From Methanobacteriota archaeon (GTDB lineage: Archaea > Thermoplasmatota > Poseidoniia > Poseidoniales > Poseidoniaceae): a stretch of 32,933 nucleotides of DNA. Under the pieces are notes generated by a model, which was not told the origin of the DNA, made no database searches, and was given only the letters and a program-made list of their open reading frames with translations. This document shows positions 30,934 through 32,933 of the stretch, in pieces. Positions within the stretch are counted from its first letter, which is position 1. Each line of letters opens with the position of its first letter. A program made the translations under genes and the position numbers. The stretch lies in the NCBI GenBank assembly GCA_018662715.1, contig JABJFP010000114.1, forward strand, positions 1-32,933, given 5' to 3'.

Positions 30934-31095
30934 ATGGAAGGAATGACCTATCTCGCAGTCGCATATTTTGGAATGATCATCGCCGTAGGTTTGTGGACTT
31001 ATACCGTAGTTCAACGAAGCCGTCATCTCTCGGAACGTATGGATGCACTTGAAGCAGCAGTCAAAGCGACATCCTCCGAAGTTGTTGAGGAATGA
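30934..31095 (+). CDS. ccmD: CcmD-like small single-TM protein
   Basis: The ATG at 30934 lies 1 nt after the ccmC stop, with GGAGGA 7 nt upstream. The 53-aa product is MEGMTYLAVAYFGMIIAVGLWTY followed by a charged tail. Size, position and topology are typical of CcmD. The track ORF start at 30883 lies inside ccmC. Confidence 0.5.
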   Translation: MEGMTYLAVAYFGMIIAVGLWTYTVVQRSRHLSERMDALEAAVKATSSEVVEE

Positions 31096-31169
31096 AATCT
31101 AATGCTCAGGCCAATAATTGGGCCACAATTTGAAAGGGCAAAGGACAAGCCGAGGAACGAGGGAGAGAG

Positions 31170-32267
31170 ATGACCAGTCGGCTCGGGGGTGAATTTTGTT
31201 TGGTTTGTGGGGCCGAACCGCCACTCTATGGAGACCGAATGTGTGAGCCTTGCCTACGGACACGCACCCAACTTGCAAAAGTCCCACAGAACATACCTTG
31301 GGTCCGATGTGCACGATGTGGAATTGTTGAGATTCAAGGCAAATGGGAGAACATTACCGACGATGAAGTCTGGGATGAACTCCTTCATCGTCATTTGAAA
31401 ATACACCCCAAGGCAGAGGACATCAACCTTGGAATGGAAACGGTAACGGTTTCGGACCGACATACGCTCTTGCACGTTCAAGTTGAAGGGTCTATTGAAA
31501 ATTTAATTTTCAAAGAAGAACACACCATGCGGGCTCGCATGGCGAACGGTGTTTGCCTTACCTGCACCCGTAGGGCTGGAAATTATTTCGAAGCAACGGT
31601 ACAACTTCGGTCGAGTGGCCGACGCCTTACGGACCAAGAACTTACAAGTTTGCGAGGGACGTTGGATGACGTTTTAGAAAAACTTTCAGATGACCCGATG
31701 TTCTTCATTACAAGCGAAGGGCCGGTCACAGGTGGGTTTGATGTTGTCCTGGGTAGCAAGGGCTTGGCAAGGACTTGGGGCAGGCACATGGTAACTGAAT
31801 ACGGAGGAATGATTGTTGAAACAAATTCTACCGTGGGTCGGAAAGATGGAATAGATGTTACACGATTAACACTCCTCTACCGAAAGCCCGGATACGAAAT
31901 CGGAGATGTTGTGATTTGGCGTGACAACATGTGGAGACCTTCGTCGTGGACAAAAGAGGGAGCTCTCATGGAACGAGTAGACCGACAGGAACGCACCGGA
32001 GCATCTTGGAGGGACCTTGAAAGCGCTCGTGTAATTGCTCAACGTCACGAATTCATCACCGTTGATTTCATCAATGAAGATGCCTCAGTTGGAGAATTCT
32101 TGGACCCCAACGTTTGGACCATGCAGTCGGTTCGGCTTCCATTTGACCATACGCCAGGAAGAAAAGGCATTCTCATCCGACTTGATGGAGAGTGGGTTGC
32201 ATTGCATCACATGGGACTAGACGCTGGATCCATTGAACCAGAGATCGGAGGTAAAGCAAATGGATGA
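31170..32267 (+). CDS. nmd3: NMD3-family protein (archaeal homolog of the 60S export adaptor)
   Basis: N-terminal Cys clusters CLVCG...MCEPCL...RCARCG, then C-x2-C again (CLTCTRR), the YFEATVQLR motif, and a length of 365 aa. A purine-rich GAGGGAGAGAG lies directly upstream of the ATG. Confidence 0.85.
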   Translation: MTSRLGGEFCLVCGAEPPLYGDRMCEPCLRTRTQLAKVPQNIPWVRCARCGIVEIQGKWENITDDEVWDELLHRHLKIHPKAEDINLGMETVTVSDRHTLLHVQVEGSIENLIFKEEHTMRARMANGVCLTCTRRAGNYFEATVQLRSSGRRLTDQELTSLRGTLDDVLEKLSDDPMFFITSEGPVTGGFDVVLGSKGLARTWGRHMVTEYGGMIVETNSTVGRKDGIDVTRLTLLYRKPGYEIGDVVIWRDNMWRPSSWTKEGALMERVDRQERTGASWRDLESARVIAQRHEFITVDFINEDASVGEFLDPNVWTMQSVRLPFDHTPGRKGILIRLDGEWVALHHMGLDAGSIEPEIGGKANG

Positions 32268-32933
32268 GCCACCTTCGCAAGAGAAAAACCTCGTTGACCT
32301 TGCCCAGCAACTTGACCTCGGGAACATGTTTGGCTATTTGCAATCCTTTGTCAACGACCTTCGAGGTGGGTTCACTGCGGTAAACAACAAACAATTTGAC
32401 TGGCTGGATAAACTCCGCTCCTATCCATGGACCGGCGTTTTATGCCTTGGCATGGGTGGAAGCGCTGCTGGAGGAGAATTCCTCTCAACCCTTGCATCTC
32501 ACCACGGGAATCGACCGATTATTGTTCAACGCGACTACACACTACCGTCGTGGTTTGATGCCACATGGCTCGTTTTAGCAACCAGCCACAGTGGAAACAC
32601 TGAAGAAACTGTCCAGGCGGCTGAATCTGCCTTGAAAAAAGAGGCAACTGTCATCGTTATCGCCACCGGGGGAATACTTGCTGGTCTTGCTGAAACTTCT
32701 CCAAACTGCTACTTAATTCCGAGTATTGGCGGCCAACCCCCAAGAACTGCATTTGGCCATATTTTCAGCCGCCAACTCGCCTGCATGGAAGCTCTTGACA
32801 TACTTCCTAAGCAGAGCCATGAACAACGGCAAGCCATGCTTCAACGGCTGACTCAAATCAACGAGCAGTTTGATGTATTGGGAGACCCAGAAGGAGACAT
32901 TGCTTTGCTCGCATCGACCATGATGGACCATCC
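32260..32933 (+). CDS. Bifunctional phosphoglucose/phosphomannose isomerase (SIS-domain PGI/PMI family), 5' part; the gene runs off the right edge
   Basis: Absent from the ORF track because it is open-ended. I translated it by hand from ATG 32260 with no stop through 32933: MDEPPSQEKNLVDLAQQLD...VLCLGMGGSAAGGEFL...LVLATSHSGNTEETV...VIVIATGG...GGQPPRTAFGHIF. These match the GMGGS, SxSGNTxET and PR.A motifs of archaeal PGI/PMI. GGAGGT lies 7 nt upstream. The gene overlaps the NMD3 3' end by 8 nt. Confidence 0.75.
   Translation, partial: MDEPPSQEKNLVDLAQQLDLGNMFGYLQSFVNDLRGGFTAVNNKQFDWLDKLRSYPWTGVLCLGMGGSAAGGEFLSTLASHHGNRPIIVQRDYTLPSWFDATWLVLATSHSGNTEETVQAAESALKKEATVIVIATGGILAGLAETSPNCYLIPSIGGQPPRTAFGHIFSRQLACMEALDILPKQSHEQRQAMLQRLTQINEQFDVLGDPEGDIALLASTMMDH

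Noticed and set aside
1-32933. Search for mobile elements, prophage or defence islands (integrase, transposase, restriction-modification, toxin-antitoxin, reverse transcriptase, cas).
   Set aside because: None of the translated ORFs shows the hallmark motifs: no DDE or Tyr-recombinase patterns, no YxDD reverse-transcriptase motif, no methyltransferase motifs, and no terminal inverted repeats. The giant genes are surface proteins, not defence ATPases.

Overview
All family assignments here come from reading motifs by eye; no searches were run. This is a compact archaeal chromosomal window. The archaeal call rests on TBP, an NMD3-family protein, mevalonate kinase, and a BRE/TATA box placed for a leaderless TBP transcript. 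By my gene calls about 97% is coding, and several convergent gene pairs have 0-3 nt spacers or overlapping 3' ends. The gene content looks like a streamlined marine planktonic euryarchaeon (Poseidoniales/MGII-like), but that lineage is only an inference.

I call 23 protein genes, including two open-ended genes at the window edges that the ORF track misses. I found no rRNA, tRNA, CRISPR array, transposase or integrase.

Housekeeping genes: trxA, cysS, an extended SDR, a LysE-type exporter, mutY, a membrane-bound DsrMK/HdrED-like Fe-S oxidoreductase, mvk, tbp, sepF-like, maf, a KaiC-like ATPase, glmS, ccmA(+membrane domain)/ccmC/ccmD, NMD3 and PGI/PMI.

The unusual content is a set of four very large type-I surface proteins (signal peptide, ectodomain, single TM helix, proline-rich cytoplasmic tail) that occupy about 43% of the window:
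- an LTD-amidohydrolase ectoenzyme with a (GGTDN)n stalk;
- two tandem paralogous proteins of about 1,170-1,200 aa (CARDB/PKD-rich) that share an unassigned N-terminal domain and a near-identical W/Y-rich cytoplasmic motif (GLPEGWxxEQWxYYGxQWL);
- a subtilase of about 1,550 aa whose tail carries a PLPGELP/PPLP repeat and a C-terminal zinc ribbon.

The subtilase lies directly downstream of a rhomboid intramembrane protease that ends in a similar CPxCN zinc ribbon, and directly upstream of glmS. The second giant paralog is followed 9 nt later by a SepF-like gene.

My main candidate for something undescribed is this envelope module: giant ectoproteins whose cytoplasmic tails carry short conserved peptide modules, next to an intramembrane protease, SepF and a KaiC-like ATPase. 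Any functional link among them is hypothesis only.
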